From Octopus sinensis (taxonomy: Eukaryota): 64,000 nucleotides of DNA. The notes beneath the pieces are model-generated. The model saw nothing but the letters and a program-made list of their open reading frames with translations. It made no database searches and had not been told where the DNA came from. A program made the position numbers and the translations under genes. Location of the stretch: assembly GCF_006345805.1 (NCBI RefSeq), contig NC_043003.1, forward strand, positions 20,026,001 to 20,090,000, written 5' to 3'. Below, piece after piece: positions 13,304 to 26,287 of this stretch. Position 1 is the stretch's first letter, and the number at the start of each line of letters is the position of its first letter.

Positions 13304-13893
13304 TAACTATGGAATACAATTAATTTTTGGAAAAATTAAAAGAAAAGTTTTTTAAAAGAATATTTGTATAGTGTTCAAATACAAGTGGCATTTACCTTGT
13401 TTTTGCCTGTCTCTGTCTCTCTTGTTTACTCTTTTTGGTTCGACATGCCCTGAAAAAAAACAAAAAAAAAAAAAAAACAAAAAAAAAAAAAACATATTTC
13501 TCCGTTACTCTAGTTTTTTTCCTTCCTTTTCTATTTTCCCCCTTCTAACTACCTTACCTTTCTGAACAGCATATGCAGGGAGACTTAGAATATATTTCAT
13601 TTTTATTTAAATTCTTTTTTGATTTCTCAAAATAATAGGATAAAGATAAAGATGCTTACTGAATCATATAGTCTCATAGGGCATGTTTTCCGCTTTTTGT
13701 GGCGTATGTATTTGTATTAGAGCAACGTAAAATGAAGTGTTTTGCTCAAAAACACAACACATTACCCGATCCACGAATCGAAACCACAGTCTCACGATCA
13801 CGAGTCCAACTCCCCTAACCAGAAAGCCACGCGCCTCCATACTGAAGCTAATAATTATGCTATATATCAAGTTTTAATGATATCATACACGCA

Positions 13894-13972
<79 letters not shown>

Positions 13973-14071
13973 ACGGGAAGCTTTATGAAAATAAACAAAA
14001 GACGAAGGCAGGTGGAGTACAAACAAACAATTGTATTAGTATGGCGCTCAGGAATATAAATAAAACAAGTG

Positions 14072-14105
14072 TTTTACGTTTCGAGCCTACGCTCTTCAAC
14101 AGAAA
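14072..14105 (-). ncRNA. Minimal hammerhead motif (core variant CUGUUGA) in (TA)n-flanked insert 13972-14182
   Basis: Minus strand TTT-CTGTTGA-A-GAGC(GTAG)GCTC-GAAAC-GTA-AAA. Same family as 35595-35745. Confidence 0.6.
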
Positions 14106-14628
14106 GATACACAGAAAAGAAACACGGAGAGAAACAAGGAGAGAAAAAAATGCGTGCAGAAGCTAGTGATTCAACATGGCGATATATATATATATGTTAA
14201 CGGGAAATATTTTGAATATGCAAATAAAGCTCCTATTCTATTATGCTGGCCACTGTCTAATGATGCTGACTGGTGAACTATATTTAGGGGCTACATCGAT
14301 CTGTACCGATATATAGGATAAATATAGTAATAATAACGACAACAAACCTTGTCACACAGTGGGACTGAAACCTAGGACAACATATGAAGAATAAATTCTA
14401 AAGATTTAGGATACAAATTCTGTTGTGATTTTCATTGTTCAATCTTACTTCCTGATAAAACGGTTAGTTAATCTCATCCAAATTAATTACATAATTTTAT
14501 ATTTAATTGCTTAATCATATAGGTGATAATGTTTGTATTCTAACAGAGGAACCATTCTAATGCTTAGTCTGAAATTATGAAATATCTGTGAAATTGTTGC
14601 TTTTCATTATAAAAACACACACATAAAC

Positions 14629-14798
14629 AGGCGTAGGAGTGGCTGTGTGGTAAGTGGCTAGCTTACCAACCACATGGTTCCGGGTTCAATTCCATTGCGT
14701 GGCACCTTGGGCAAGTGTCTTCTACTGTAGCCTCGGGCCGACCAAAGCCTTGTGAGTGGATTTGGTAGACGGAAACTGAAAGATGCCCATCGTATATA

Positions 14799-14831
<33 letters not shown>

Positions 14832-15167
14832 CATTATATATATTATTATACATTCATAAATGAGGGTGAAAAATTAGATATTAATTTAATAATACCATCA
14901 GTTTTAAAACAAGTGGCCTAGCAATAAAAACCAGGGAGACAATACAAATTTATACGTAAATATGAGAGAATTACCGTTAAGTGGTTAACTCTAGTGCTAG
15001 AAATAGGTCCTTATTCTGGTATAGCCACCAAGTTGTTTCCACAAGACAGTAACATTTCCTTCAACGTAAGGAAAGGAAATACAACGAAAAGATAGATTAA
15101 TACTGAACATTATATATATATATTATATATATATAAATAATATATATATATATATGTGTGTGTGTGT

Positions 15168-15208
<41 letters not shown>

Positions 15209-15410
15209 TTGTTTGAGCCCCACCATCGCATTGACAACCGATGCTGGTGTGTTAACGTCCCCGTAACTTAGCGGTTCGGCAAAAGAGACTGATAGAATAA
15301 GTGTTAGGCTAACAAAGTATAAGTCCTGTGGTCGATTTCTTCGACTAAAGGCGGCGCTCCAGCATGGCCACAGTCAAATGACTGAAACAAATACAAGAAT
15401 AAAAGAAAAG
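14629..15410 (+). mobile_element. SINE family A split by a ~290-bp insert in its internal (TA)n
   Basis: 5' half 14629-14793, foreign sequence ~14832-15110, 3' half 15205-15410. Confidence 0.8.
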
Positions 15411-15813
15411 AGAAGAAACACACGCACACACATATATGCATACATCTGTTAAACACTCATATATGTTAAAAGAATCAGTATAGAAGAGTCAGAGGTTTGT
15501 GATGTGTCTGTGCCGTAGCGTCAACTGAACAATTTAACTATTTCATCATTTCGGTTTTTTTCTTAATCTATACACAAACGAATAAAATTTTTATAGACAT
15601 ATTCAGTCAAAAATAAAATAAGGAAAACCACCTATACGTATGTATGATATTCTCAGACATTGGTAGTGAATAGTCATAAATATGTGTATATATTATATAC
15701 CCAAGCATAAATAAGTATTATATTTCTGTATGCATACATAGAATGTTCATTTATATGTATGCATATAAGTATGTATGTATGTATGTATGTATGTATGTAT
15801 GTATGTATGTATG

Positions 15814-15846
<33 letters not shown>

Positions 15847-15915
15847 GTATGCATATATATATATGTGTATGTATATGTATATATACATATACATATGTAT
15901 GTATGTATATGTATA

Positions 15916-15953
<38 letters not shown>

Positions 15954-16131
15954 CATATATATATACATATATATATACACTTACGTATTATACATATATA
16001 CATACAAACACTCTACCTGTATATATTAATATATTTGATGCGTTTTATATATATAACATATGGTACACACATTACACATACATATAAACACACAAACACG
16101 CTCACCATATATACAGGTATATATAATATAT

Positions 16132-16165
<34 letters not shown>

Positions 16166-16610
16166 TATCTTTATGTATGTATTATAAATATATATACATA
16201 CATACTCACACATATATGTGTGAGTATGTATGAATGTATGTATGTATGTATGCCTGTGTGTGTTTGTGTTTGTGTGCGTGTGTGTATGCGTGTATAGACA
16301 TCTTGGTTGATACATTAAACCGAGTTGCAATCAAGTCATCCAGTGATACCAATAGAAGTCAATTTAGGTATACACCGCGGCTTTCTTTTTCAGCAGAATA
16401 GGCAAACTCATTTGGAATAAACCTTGCCAATCATTTCTTAATTAACCAATTCATGTCCAGAAAAATCTATCTATAGCGCAGTTAAATATGTAACTGACCT
16501 CTGGTCCAATAAAACTGCTTTTTTGTCCACTTATAAAGCTAGACGTCAAAAATCTATGTTGCTGATATGATTTCGCTTTTCCAATTTAGCATCTATTAGC
16601 GTCGTAGGTC

Positions 16611-16641
<31 letters not shown>

Positions 16642-16819
16642 TATATATATATATATATATATATATATTACACACTCACACACAAAGACAAACTACACAA
16701 CACAAAACAAACTACATATTGGCACAATTTAAATATACTGACACACATCAAATTCTTCTATCTCTCTCAATGGATACACATCAATACATATATTATGCAT
16801 ATACATACATACACATACA

Positions 16820-16852
<33 letters not shown>

Positions 16853-16893
16853 TGTATGTATATTATGTAGATCTATAGTATATATAATGTATG

Positions 16894-16972
<79 letters not shown>

Positions 16973-17253
16973 ATATATATATATATAGTAGTTAGATAGA
17001 CAGACTGATAGATCGATATGAATATATTAATATTTATACACGTACATACGCAAGCACACACAAACACTCGTATATATGTATGCGCGCTCGCTTTTGTTCG
17101 GTTATTTGCATCTCCATGTGTGTATGTGTGTCTGTAAGTTCACATTTCATGTGTTCGAACATATGGTATTAGTTTGTTAATGTAAAGAAAATATCCAGCG
17201 AACCGATGCACAGTATTTCTCCTGGACCCCGTCGTCTTAGTCTGTATGCATGC

Positions 17254-17284
<31 letters not shown>

Positions 17285-17288
17285 ATTG

Positions 17289-17742
17289 AGTAGTTGAATG
17301 AATTATCTTATTATGGATAATTCGGTTAACCGATACCTGGGTAGCAAATTCACGTCAGAAAAACACGGTTGAAGCTACATGCCTAGGGCAGAGATCACGT
17401 GCTATCGTGTGGAAATTTGTGTGTTTTTTTAAATACGAATAAATGAAAGAATGGAGTTGAACTACGAATTAACAAAATTCCTTTATTTTCGACATATGTT
17501 TCGAAGGCTGCATATTCCTAATTTCGAAGAAATAAGGGGTGCATTATGCCGCCTTCTCATCAGGAAAAACAAGGAACTTATGTCAGCATCAAGATGCACA
17601 AAAACTTTTAGATAACTGCCCACACGGAGCCCATAGCGAAATTAGGAATATGCAGCCTTCGAAACATATGCAGCCTTCGAAACATATGTCGAAAATAAAG
17701 GAATTTTGTTAATTCGTCGGTTCAACTCCATTCTTTCATTAT
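17289..17742. mobile_element. (TA)n-flanked hammerhead element with partial inverted duplication (same family as 55065-55608)
   Basis: High identity to 55065-55413. The inverted partial copy at 17638-17741 includes an 18-bp tandem duplication (17648-17683). Confidence 0.85.
17478..17576 (-). ncRNA. Type I hammerhead ribozyme with extended stems I and II
   Basis: Minus strand TTCCTTGTTTTTC-CTGATGA-GAAGGCGGCATA...TATGCAGCCTTC-GAAAC-ATAT-GTC-GAAAATAAAGGAA. Canonical core, 11/12-bp stem II, 11/13-bp stem I, GUC cleavage site. Confidence 0.88.
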
Positions 17743-17754
17743 TGTATATATATA

Positions 17755-17796
<42 letters not shown>

Positions 17797-17804
17797 GATA
17801 TATA

Positions 17805-17849
<45 letters not shown>

Positions 17850-18015
17850 GTTGGTGTGTGTGTGGTTGTGTGTGTGTGTGTATGTATGATGTATGTATGT
17901 ATGTATGTATGTATATAAAGTTAATCCAAACAATAAAGCACAAAAAACACAACAACGCGAGGACATGAACAAATATAGTATTATTGGACGCTCAGGAAAG
18001 AAGGAAAGAAGGAGG

Positions 18016-18050
18016 GTTTAACGTTTCGAGCGGAGCTCTTCGTCGGAAAC
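18016..18050 (-). ncRNA. Minimal hammerhead motif (core CCGACGA) in microsatellite-flanked insert 17918-18120
   Basis: Minus strand GTTT-CCGACGA-A-GAGC(TCC)GCTC-GAAAC-GTT-AAAC. Confidence 0.68.
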
Positions 18051-18169
18051 ATAGGAGAAGGAAAGATCCAGAGAAGGGAAGACAGAGGAAAAAAGCGCCA
18101 ACCGTACACACGCGGTCACACATACGCGCGTGTGTGTGAACTCTAAAGTTCATGGCATTAAGGGTTTCG

Positions 18170-18350
18170 CGAGTGGCCTGGTTGGCGGTCCAACCATCAG
18201 ATTTCTTTTAAAGGGCTTGGAAAAAAACTACAGGATCGCTGCAATAAGTGAATGAATCTGAGAGGGGAATATGTTGAATAAAATCACAATTAACTGATCC
18301 TCCTGTATTTTCTTTTACCTAAAGTCAGGAACTTTGCAGCAACCCTTCGC
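18170..18350 (+). mobile_element. mariner 3' end fragment
   Basis: FFLKGLEK..QDRCNK..NLRGEYVE* C-terminus (frameshifted), followed by TIR-like aactttgcagcaacccttcg. Confidence 0.7.
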
Positions 18351-18505
18351 GTATGTATGTGTGTGTGCATATTTATGTATGTATAAGATAAACTTACTTG
18401 GAAATTGATGGGTGGCGTTCAATCAAATAGTAATATAATTAATACATATGCTTATATATATATTGTTATATTTCGGAATGGTCCTTTTGCATATATATAT
18501 ATACA

Positions 18506-18574
<69 letters not shown>

Positions 18575-18579
18575 ATATA

Positions 18580-18810
18580 TTTATTTACTACCCACAAGGG
18601 GCTAAACACAGAGGGGACAAACAAGGACAGACAAAGGGATTAAGTCGACTACATCGACCCCAGTGCGTAACTGGTACTTAATTTATCGACCCCGAAAGGA
18701 TGAAAGGCAAAGTCGACCTCGGCGGAATTTGAACTCGGAACGTAACGACAGACGAAATACGGCTACGAATTTCACCCGGCGTGCTAACGTTTCTACAAGC
18801 TCGCCGCCTA
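18580..18810 (-). mobile_element. SINE family B (Meta-domain-like central region)
   Basis: Reverse complement of ggcggcgagctggcagaa..gagttcaaattccgccgaggtcgactttgcctttcatcctttcggggtcgataaattaagtaccag. Confidence 0.8.
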
Positions 18811-18847
18811 TGCATGTATATATACACATATACACATGCATATATGT

Positions 18848-19188
18848 GTACAGGATGTCCCCAACAGTGAACAACATGAAATGCGAAAACAAATGAGTTC
18901 AAACCGCAAACAGCGGGAGATAAATGGATAACAGAACAAGTGACGCAAAGAACGACCGTTCATCAGTTGTCGGCTGTCTATCTACTCCACATTTCGAGCA
19001 TTGAACGACAATCCTCAGGGTGCATGTCATATGGCTGGTTGGTTGGGGCCGAGTGGAGCCACAGCACGAGGAGTAGATACACAGACGACAACTGATGAAC
19101 GGTCGTTCTTTGTGTTACTTGTTCTGTTTTCCATTTGTTGCTCTCGTTGTTTTCGTATTTCATGTTGTTTACTGTTGACGTCCTGTAC
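18848..19188. mobile_element. Microsatellite-flanked fold-back insert with a CTGATGA box in each arm
   Basis: 18848-18988 pairs with 19070-19188; CTGATGA at 19092-19098. Related fragments at 12741-12895 and ~8620-8745. Confidence 0.7.
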
Positions 19189-19301
19189 CCATATATGCAT
19201 GCGTATAAATATAAATGTATATATATATATACACACATACATATATATATGCATATATATATATATATATATATATTAACAGAGCGAGCGAGAGAGAGTG
19301 A

Positions 19302-19353
<52 letters not shown>

Positions 19354-20026
19354 TAGATTTCAATGGTTGCTCAACTTTATTGTTAATTTATCCACATATT
19401 TAGTATCTCCTCCCGACCTATTGAGGAATTGAGAGAATTTAGAATGAGATGTCTTGCACTAGACAGTAAGCGCCACCTTTACGGTGGATTACAGATCGCA
19501 CACACATACTCACAGACATGCTCGCGTGTGCACGTTCACACACTCACACATACACTCGCGCACGCACACATATCTAAAACTTCAAACTGAAGAGATTCAC
19601 CCACATTTCAACCACATCGATAGGCAGCTACTATATGAATATAAACGAATTTATTATTCAAACGACAAAGACAAGGAAACTAAATCAATTAAATACAAAG
19701 CGCTTATATGATATACTTCATTCCATTAAACTAAAATTTGTGTCACTCGTGACAAGAATTAAATAATGTTTGACGTTAGGCAAAATAATTGTCTCCCTTA
19801 TTAACGTCTAATAGAAATTTATCGTTGGCCAGGTCTAAGTTAATACCGTGAACTGATATAATATGTTATGTTTTTTCAAAGCCATGTGGTTTTATGACCT
19901 ATCCATGTAAGGGAATTATTGAATGTAATATATCAAGGTATAAGCGGCTTGTATTCTGGTATTCCTTGAAGAATATATATATATATATATATATATATTT
20001 GTACAAACACACATACATACATACAC

Positions 20027-20068
<42 letters not shown>

Positions 20069-20107
20069 GTATGTATATATACATATGCGTATATATATAT
20101 ATATATG

Positions 20108-20142
<35 letters not shown>

Positions 20143-20236
20143 CTATTACGTATATATATAATACACACACATATTACTTACATACATATATATATATATA
20201 TGCACATATACCCCACCATATATATATATATATATG

Positions 20237-20305
<69 letters not shown>

Positions 20306-20800
20306 GCGTGCGGTGACTTCTGAGGTTGGTGATACAATAAATACAATTGGTTGAGCCGAATCATTTTGAAATTATTTAACTAATTGAACACATTTAGTTA
20401 CGTAATATGGCCATGGTTTTAGACCGTTACGTTGTCAAAGACAAATCAGCCGCTTTATCCCGCCAATCTCGGGAAAGTAATTGGCCTTACCTGGAGAAGC
20501 CTGTTCTGATACTTATTGAACTCCGTACATTAAAAGATTACGTCTCGCACACGCGCGTGTCGACATTGAACATACACGCATGTACATAAACACACACATA
20601 ATGAAAGACAGCGAAAATTCAACATTGTATGAAAATTCAAAATTGTAAAAACACTTAACAAAAACGCTGCGTCTATGTTCATTTGTTGGGAGTAGCAAAG
20701 ACGTGAAATATCGCAACATACAAAGAGAAAACGAAGAAATGTAAATTGAACTTACCTAATGATGGAAGAAAATTTGAAAGAATGTAAAAGAAAATTATTA

Positions 20801-22068
20801 TTAGGTTGTTCTGAAAATAATGGCCGCTCTAACTGTTGTGTTTTGAAACGCAATTTTATCATATTATCTTAATTACGTTTAAGGTGAATTTCGACATACT
20901 TAACAATTGATGTATGCTCTTTAATACTTTTCTACTTATTTTAGACAGAACACATTCTTGAAGCATAGGCGCTCTTAATTATGAATATGACAAAAAAGGA
21001 TCTTCGCTTAGTTTTCTTGCATGATTTCAAGCACAATGCCTCTCAAACTGCTGCCAATATTAATAGAGCATGGGGAGAGGCGTGGATAAGTGATCGCACA
21101 GTACGAAGGTGGTTTCAGAAATCCCGTAATGGTGATGAGAGCCTTGAAGATGAAGAAGGTAGAGGACGGTCATGCAATCTTGACAATGAACAATTGAAAG
21201 CAATTGTCGGACAAAACCAACTTCAAAGTATTGGAGAAATGTTTCAGGCACTTGCTGTCGGTATTGCAACGGTCTCACGCAATCTGCAGAAGATTGGTAA
21301 GGTGAAAAAGCTCGATAAATGGGTACCGCTCAATGAAAATCAAAAAGTTCGGCGGTTTGAAGTGTGCTCGATGCTCTTTTTGCAAAACACCAATGATACT
21401 TTTTTGACCGAATAGTCACTTGTGAGGAAAAATGGATCCTTTATGATAACCGTAAACGATCAGGCTGATGGATTGATCGTGAGTCCTCCAAACATTTCCC
21501 AAAGCCAAAGTTGCATCAACAAAAGATTATGGTGACTGTCTGGTGGTCTTCATTTGGTGTTGTCCATTACAGCTTTCTGAACGCCAATCAGAGCTTTACA
21601 GCAGAGGTTTACTGCAATCAAATCGCTGAAATGCATGCTCACTTACTAAAAATGAGACCTGAATTGGTGAATCGGCATGGCCCAATTCTGTTCCACTATA
21701 ATGCAAAGCCACATGTTGCAAGAATGATGCTGCAGAAACTCACAGACTTGGCATACGAGACTTTACCACATCCTCCATATTCTCCTGATCTTCTACCCAC
21801 TAACTACTATTTTCTTAAGCATTTAAACACGTTTTTAAGTGATAAAACTTTCAGGTTGAAACCAACAGTGGAATCAGCTTTCAAAGATTTCTTAGCATCA
21901 AAGCCAATAAGTTTTTATCAACCAGGCATAAATATTCTCGTTGATCGATGGCAGAGATGCATAGATGTTCACGGTTCATACTTTGATTAATCAAAACATT
22001 TCTATTGTCAATTTTTCCAGAATAAAATTATGTTTCTGAAATCGTCCATTATTTTCAGGTCAACCTAA
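20801..22068 (+). mobile_element. Full-length mariner DNA transposon (Hsmar1/cecropia-like), inactive
   Basis: TIRs ttaggttgttctgaaaataatggccg (20801-20826) and cgtccattattttcaggtcaacctaa (22043-22068), 23/26 match. TA target duplications at 20799-20800 and 22069-22070; length 1268 bp. Confidence 0.95.
20981..21990 (+). pseudogene. mariner transposase pseudogene (DD34D family)
   Basis: HTH region (TVRRWFQK..GDESLEDE..GR), KWVP, RIVTCEEKWILYDN, HYNAKPH, HPPYSPDL and RWQRCIDVHGSYFD. Frameshift near 21400 and in-frame stop near 21466. Confidence 0.93.
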
Positions 22069-22974
22069 TATTTATACAAAATGATTTATACATAAACACA
22101 CACATCTTTCAATGTGAGTGTGTGTATGTGTTTATACTTATGTGTGTGTGTTTCAATGTGTGTATGTGCGCGCGTTATTTGTCTTAAAATGTTCAGTAAG
22201 TATCAGAAAAGGCTGCTCGAGCGAGAGACCGGAGAAAATAGAAGTTGTATCTAGATGGTTTGCCAATTTTCCGTCATATTTACTGATTAAATATGAGTTC
22301 TTTATAATTTCCACGATTATTAGATTCTTCAGATTCAAAATGACCCCGAAATATTAATTCCTGACGACCTAAAAAAATAACTACATCGATCAATCGGTGC
22401 AGGATTGATCTGTCTCGTCTAACTTCCTCATTATGATATTGTATGCTCTGTTTTGTAAGTCTATGCGAATATTCCCGAATGTTTTAAGATCTGTCAAGGA
22501 TTTTATAAGCCTTTGAGAACGTTCATGTTTTAGCATAGCCATATATAAATTATTTAAATCATCATAACCTTTATCATTCCAAACAGTTTTTTCTAAACAA
22601 AAACAACTTGCATGGCCAGCAGAATAACTTATTAATCGTAGTACTACCAGTCAACTACTTTTTCTCTTCATACAAATTAACCAGAAATTGTTTCGTGAAT
22701 TCCTTGCGGTACCTTCGCAAATCAGGTAATTTCAGTGTTGGTCGACTACCATTTATAATTAATTGTTTCTCTTCAAAGTCTTTTCTTTTTTAAAACTATT
22801 AAAAAAAAATTTCTTTTTATACACATTTCAGTCATTTGGACAAATATTTCGAAAATCCTAGAGATCTTATGAAAGTAATAGTGCACGTGTGTATGAGCGA
22901 GTGCAAATCAATTTCAACAAAGCAGAAAGATATTTTTAGTAAATCAACGAAAGATTAATTAACTATGTTATATT

Positions 22975-23070
22975 TTGCCGAACCGCTAAGTTACGGGGAC
23001 GGAAACACATTAGCATCGGTTGTCAAGCGATGTTGGGGGGACAAAAACTGACAGACAGACAGACAGACAG

Positions 23071-23109
<39 letters not shown>

Positions 23110-23283
23110 CACACATATATATAAGACGGGCTTCTTTCAGTTTCCGTCTACCAAATCCACACACAAGGCTTTGGTCGGCCCGAGGCTATAGTAGAAGACA
23201 CTTGCCCAAGGTGCCACACAGTGGGACTGAACCCGGAAGCATGTGGTTCGTAAGCAAGCTACTTACCACACAGTCACTCCTAC
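22975..23283 (-). mobile_element. SINE family A
   Basis: Reverse complement of the consensus, with internal (GACA)/(CA)/(TA) array. Confidence 0.85.
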
Positions 23284-23561
23284 TTGAATGAACAAGTTAA
23301 AAGGACATGGGATTTGTAGGTATTGAGTGTATGGTTAGGGGTATGTGGATATATGTTGGGTAGGGAGTTTGGAATGGGGTATCGGATAATTAATATTAGG
23401 AGATATATATATACAATGAATGTATCCGAATCCATTGCATTCGATATTGGGGCCGAGGGTCTCAAAGGTACCCTCCGCAGGAGCTAGCCGGAATGCCGCC
23501 CGAAAAATCGTTGTGAGCAATGAAGTTTCTCGTATATTCCGTTTTCTATCCCCATCATTTG

Positions 23562-23607
<46 letters not shown>

Positions 23608-23992
23608 ATTGTGTTTATAGCACAAAAGCAGAAAGAGAACGTCGTTAAGTTGAGAGAATAAAGGAAGGAAATTATCGCTTTCAGCTAACAGAATTATAAA
23701 ATAGCTTCTATGTTATAAACCGCTGTTTAGTTCTTGCTACTTTTAACTATTCTTACGAAGAAAGATTTTCTCATTTATAACCACGCACATGCCACACATA
23801 TATACTTATACTTACATGCATACACTAATCTCTCTCTCTCTCTCTTTCTCTTGATATACACACATACATACACACGCACACACAGAGGCATATACATTTA
23901 TATATATTTAGATATATACACCCACGCACACGGTACACCTGTATACTTATACTTACATACACTAACCTCTCTCTCTCCCACACATATATATT

Positions 23993-24026
<34 letters not shown>

Positions 24027-25383
24027 GTGTGTTTATGTGTGTGTGTGTGTGTGTGTATGTGTGTGTGTGTGTGCGTGTAATTCGAAACCACATCGTATAG
24101 TAGCCACTTGAACACAATAGAGACTTGACAACTCTTCAAAAGGAAAGTTAACGCAACTATCACACCGGCCAGAGAAGGCATGCGAAAGCTATGGATACCA
24201 CATTTTCCTGCTGACCAATCCAATACAACTACTACTACTACTACTACTAGTAGTAGTAGTAGTAGTATGAAAACGAAGACGAAGAAAACAGGATCATACA
24301 TAATGGCCGCCTACATCGTGTTTGCTTGATGTTCATTGTTCTTCGTTTACGATTAAAGTGTTAGAGTGTTCTTGGAGAAAACCAGAGTGTTCTTGAAGAA
24401 ACTTTGTTTATTCTTGAAGTATCCTTTAAGTACCCTTCGACAAGACGAATCCTGCCTGTCTTTCGTCATTGTATAAATCAAAGAGCGGAAGTGCTAAGAT
24501 TTAATTTGTTCAGATCAACTATTACATACCAACTGTTATAAATAGAACTTTTGTCTACATTTAAACTGTTTGAGTATCCTTGGAGAAAGTTTATGTATCC
24601 TTAAACTAAATAATATACCTTGCCTATCCTTTTGAGAAGTTAAACTTGCCATCGTTTTATTCATGCATTATTACAAAGCAGAAATTTCTATGAATTCATT
24701 GCAAATATGTGTGCCGTAACTAATGTATTGCTCAAGGTGCCAAGCAATGTGTTCAAGGGTTCAATCCCACAGCAAGACATTTTGAGCATGTATATTCTTT
24801 GTTATTATAACTTCGGGTTTGCCTTATGCCTTGTGAGAAAAATTCGGTAGACGCATTTCAAACGCTTCTTACTATTTTTGTGCAATGCTGTGTCAGAAGT
24901 TTTTCTCTGGAGACTTCCGCACCCTAATAAGAGACGAATGTTGCATACTCAACTACAATGATGTTATTCGGAAAGAACCACAACAGGAAACTGAGAACCT
25001 GCCTAAGCTTATGAGGAATAAAAATTCCAGATGCTCATGGGGGAAAATGTTTCTTGGTTGTTGCCTCTAGGAGATATCTAGCTGTCTGTTTGCGTGTCTT
25101 TCTCTCGGTCTATTCGTGTATCTACCTATATATGTATACATAAGTAGTTATATATATATGCATGTGTATGTATGTATATATGTATATATGTATGTATGTA
25201 TTTATGTATGTATGTATGGTTGTATGTATGTATCTATCTATTTAACCAGGGGCGCATTAAACCTAACATCCTAAACGCAAGTGTGCCTTCTCCTAGTTCT
25301 TTGTCTGGGTCTATTTAGCTGCGCCAGTTTCGTCATACACACCTACGTTTCGTAAAATTTACTACGACACAGAACTTGTCTCT

Positions 25384-25438
<55 letters not shown>

Positions 25439-25443
25439 CACTG

Positions 25444-25483
<40 letters not shown>

Positions 25484-25548
25484 AACCAAATCCACCACAA
25501 GCACCACCACCACCGCCGCCGCCGCCGCCGCCACTACTACTACTACTT

Positions 25549-25623
<75 letters not shown>
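25384..25623. repeat. Compound trinucleotide microsatellite (CTA/CTG/CCA/CCG)
   Basis: Direct reading of the sequence. Confidence 0.95.
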
Positions 25624-26002
25624 AGCTAGTGGTAGGGTAGTAAAAACAGTAAAGTGTTGGTTTGAAATTTGTGACCTGGTACTGATATGAAGAACACTCC
25701 ATCATCGTCGTCTTCATCGTCCTTGTCGCTGCCATCGTCGTCATAGCATCATCGTTATTATTTTTGCCATAAAGACACAATGTTCAATGCAGACAAAACA
25801 CATTTGTATTGACTTTTCCTTATTTTTCCATTGTCTTTTCCTTCTTTTATTGTCCAACTTCAGTAAGAATATCTACCAGACGCTAATCACATCTCTTGCA
25901 CAAACGATTGAGAAATTGATTGATAAACACTATAAAATGTAACGATGATCGATCACAACTGAATAAATTGATAATAAAAAATAAAAAAAAATAATAATAA
26001 TA

Positions 26003-26034
<32 letters not shown>

Positions 26035-26049
26035 AATGATGATGATGGT

Positions 26050-26242
26050 TTCAAATTTTGCACAAGGGCAGCAGTTTTTGCGGGAGGGGATGAGTCAATT
26101 ACATCGACCCCAGTACTTGACTGATACCTGATTTACCGACCCCGAAAAATAAAAGACAAAGTCGACTATCGTGGAATTTGAACTCAAGACACAAAGACAG
26201 ACGAAATCCTGCTAAGCATTTCGCCCGACGTGTTACCGATTC

Positions 26243-26287
<45 letters not shown>

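Noticed and set aside
14995-15008. GCTAGAAATAG similarity to the Cas9 sgRNA scaffold; repeated motifs as a possible CRISPR array
   Set aside because: Short coincidental GAAA hairpin in eukaryotic DNA, with no regular repeat-spacer array or cas genes.
25343-25780. Poly-V/A and poly-Y/C/H/R ORFs
   Set aside because: Compound trinucleotide microsatellite.
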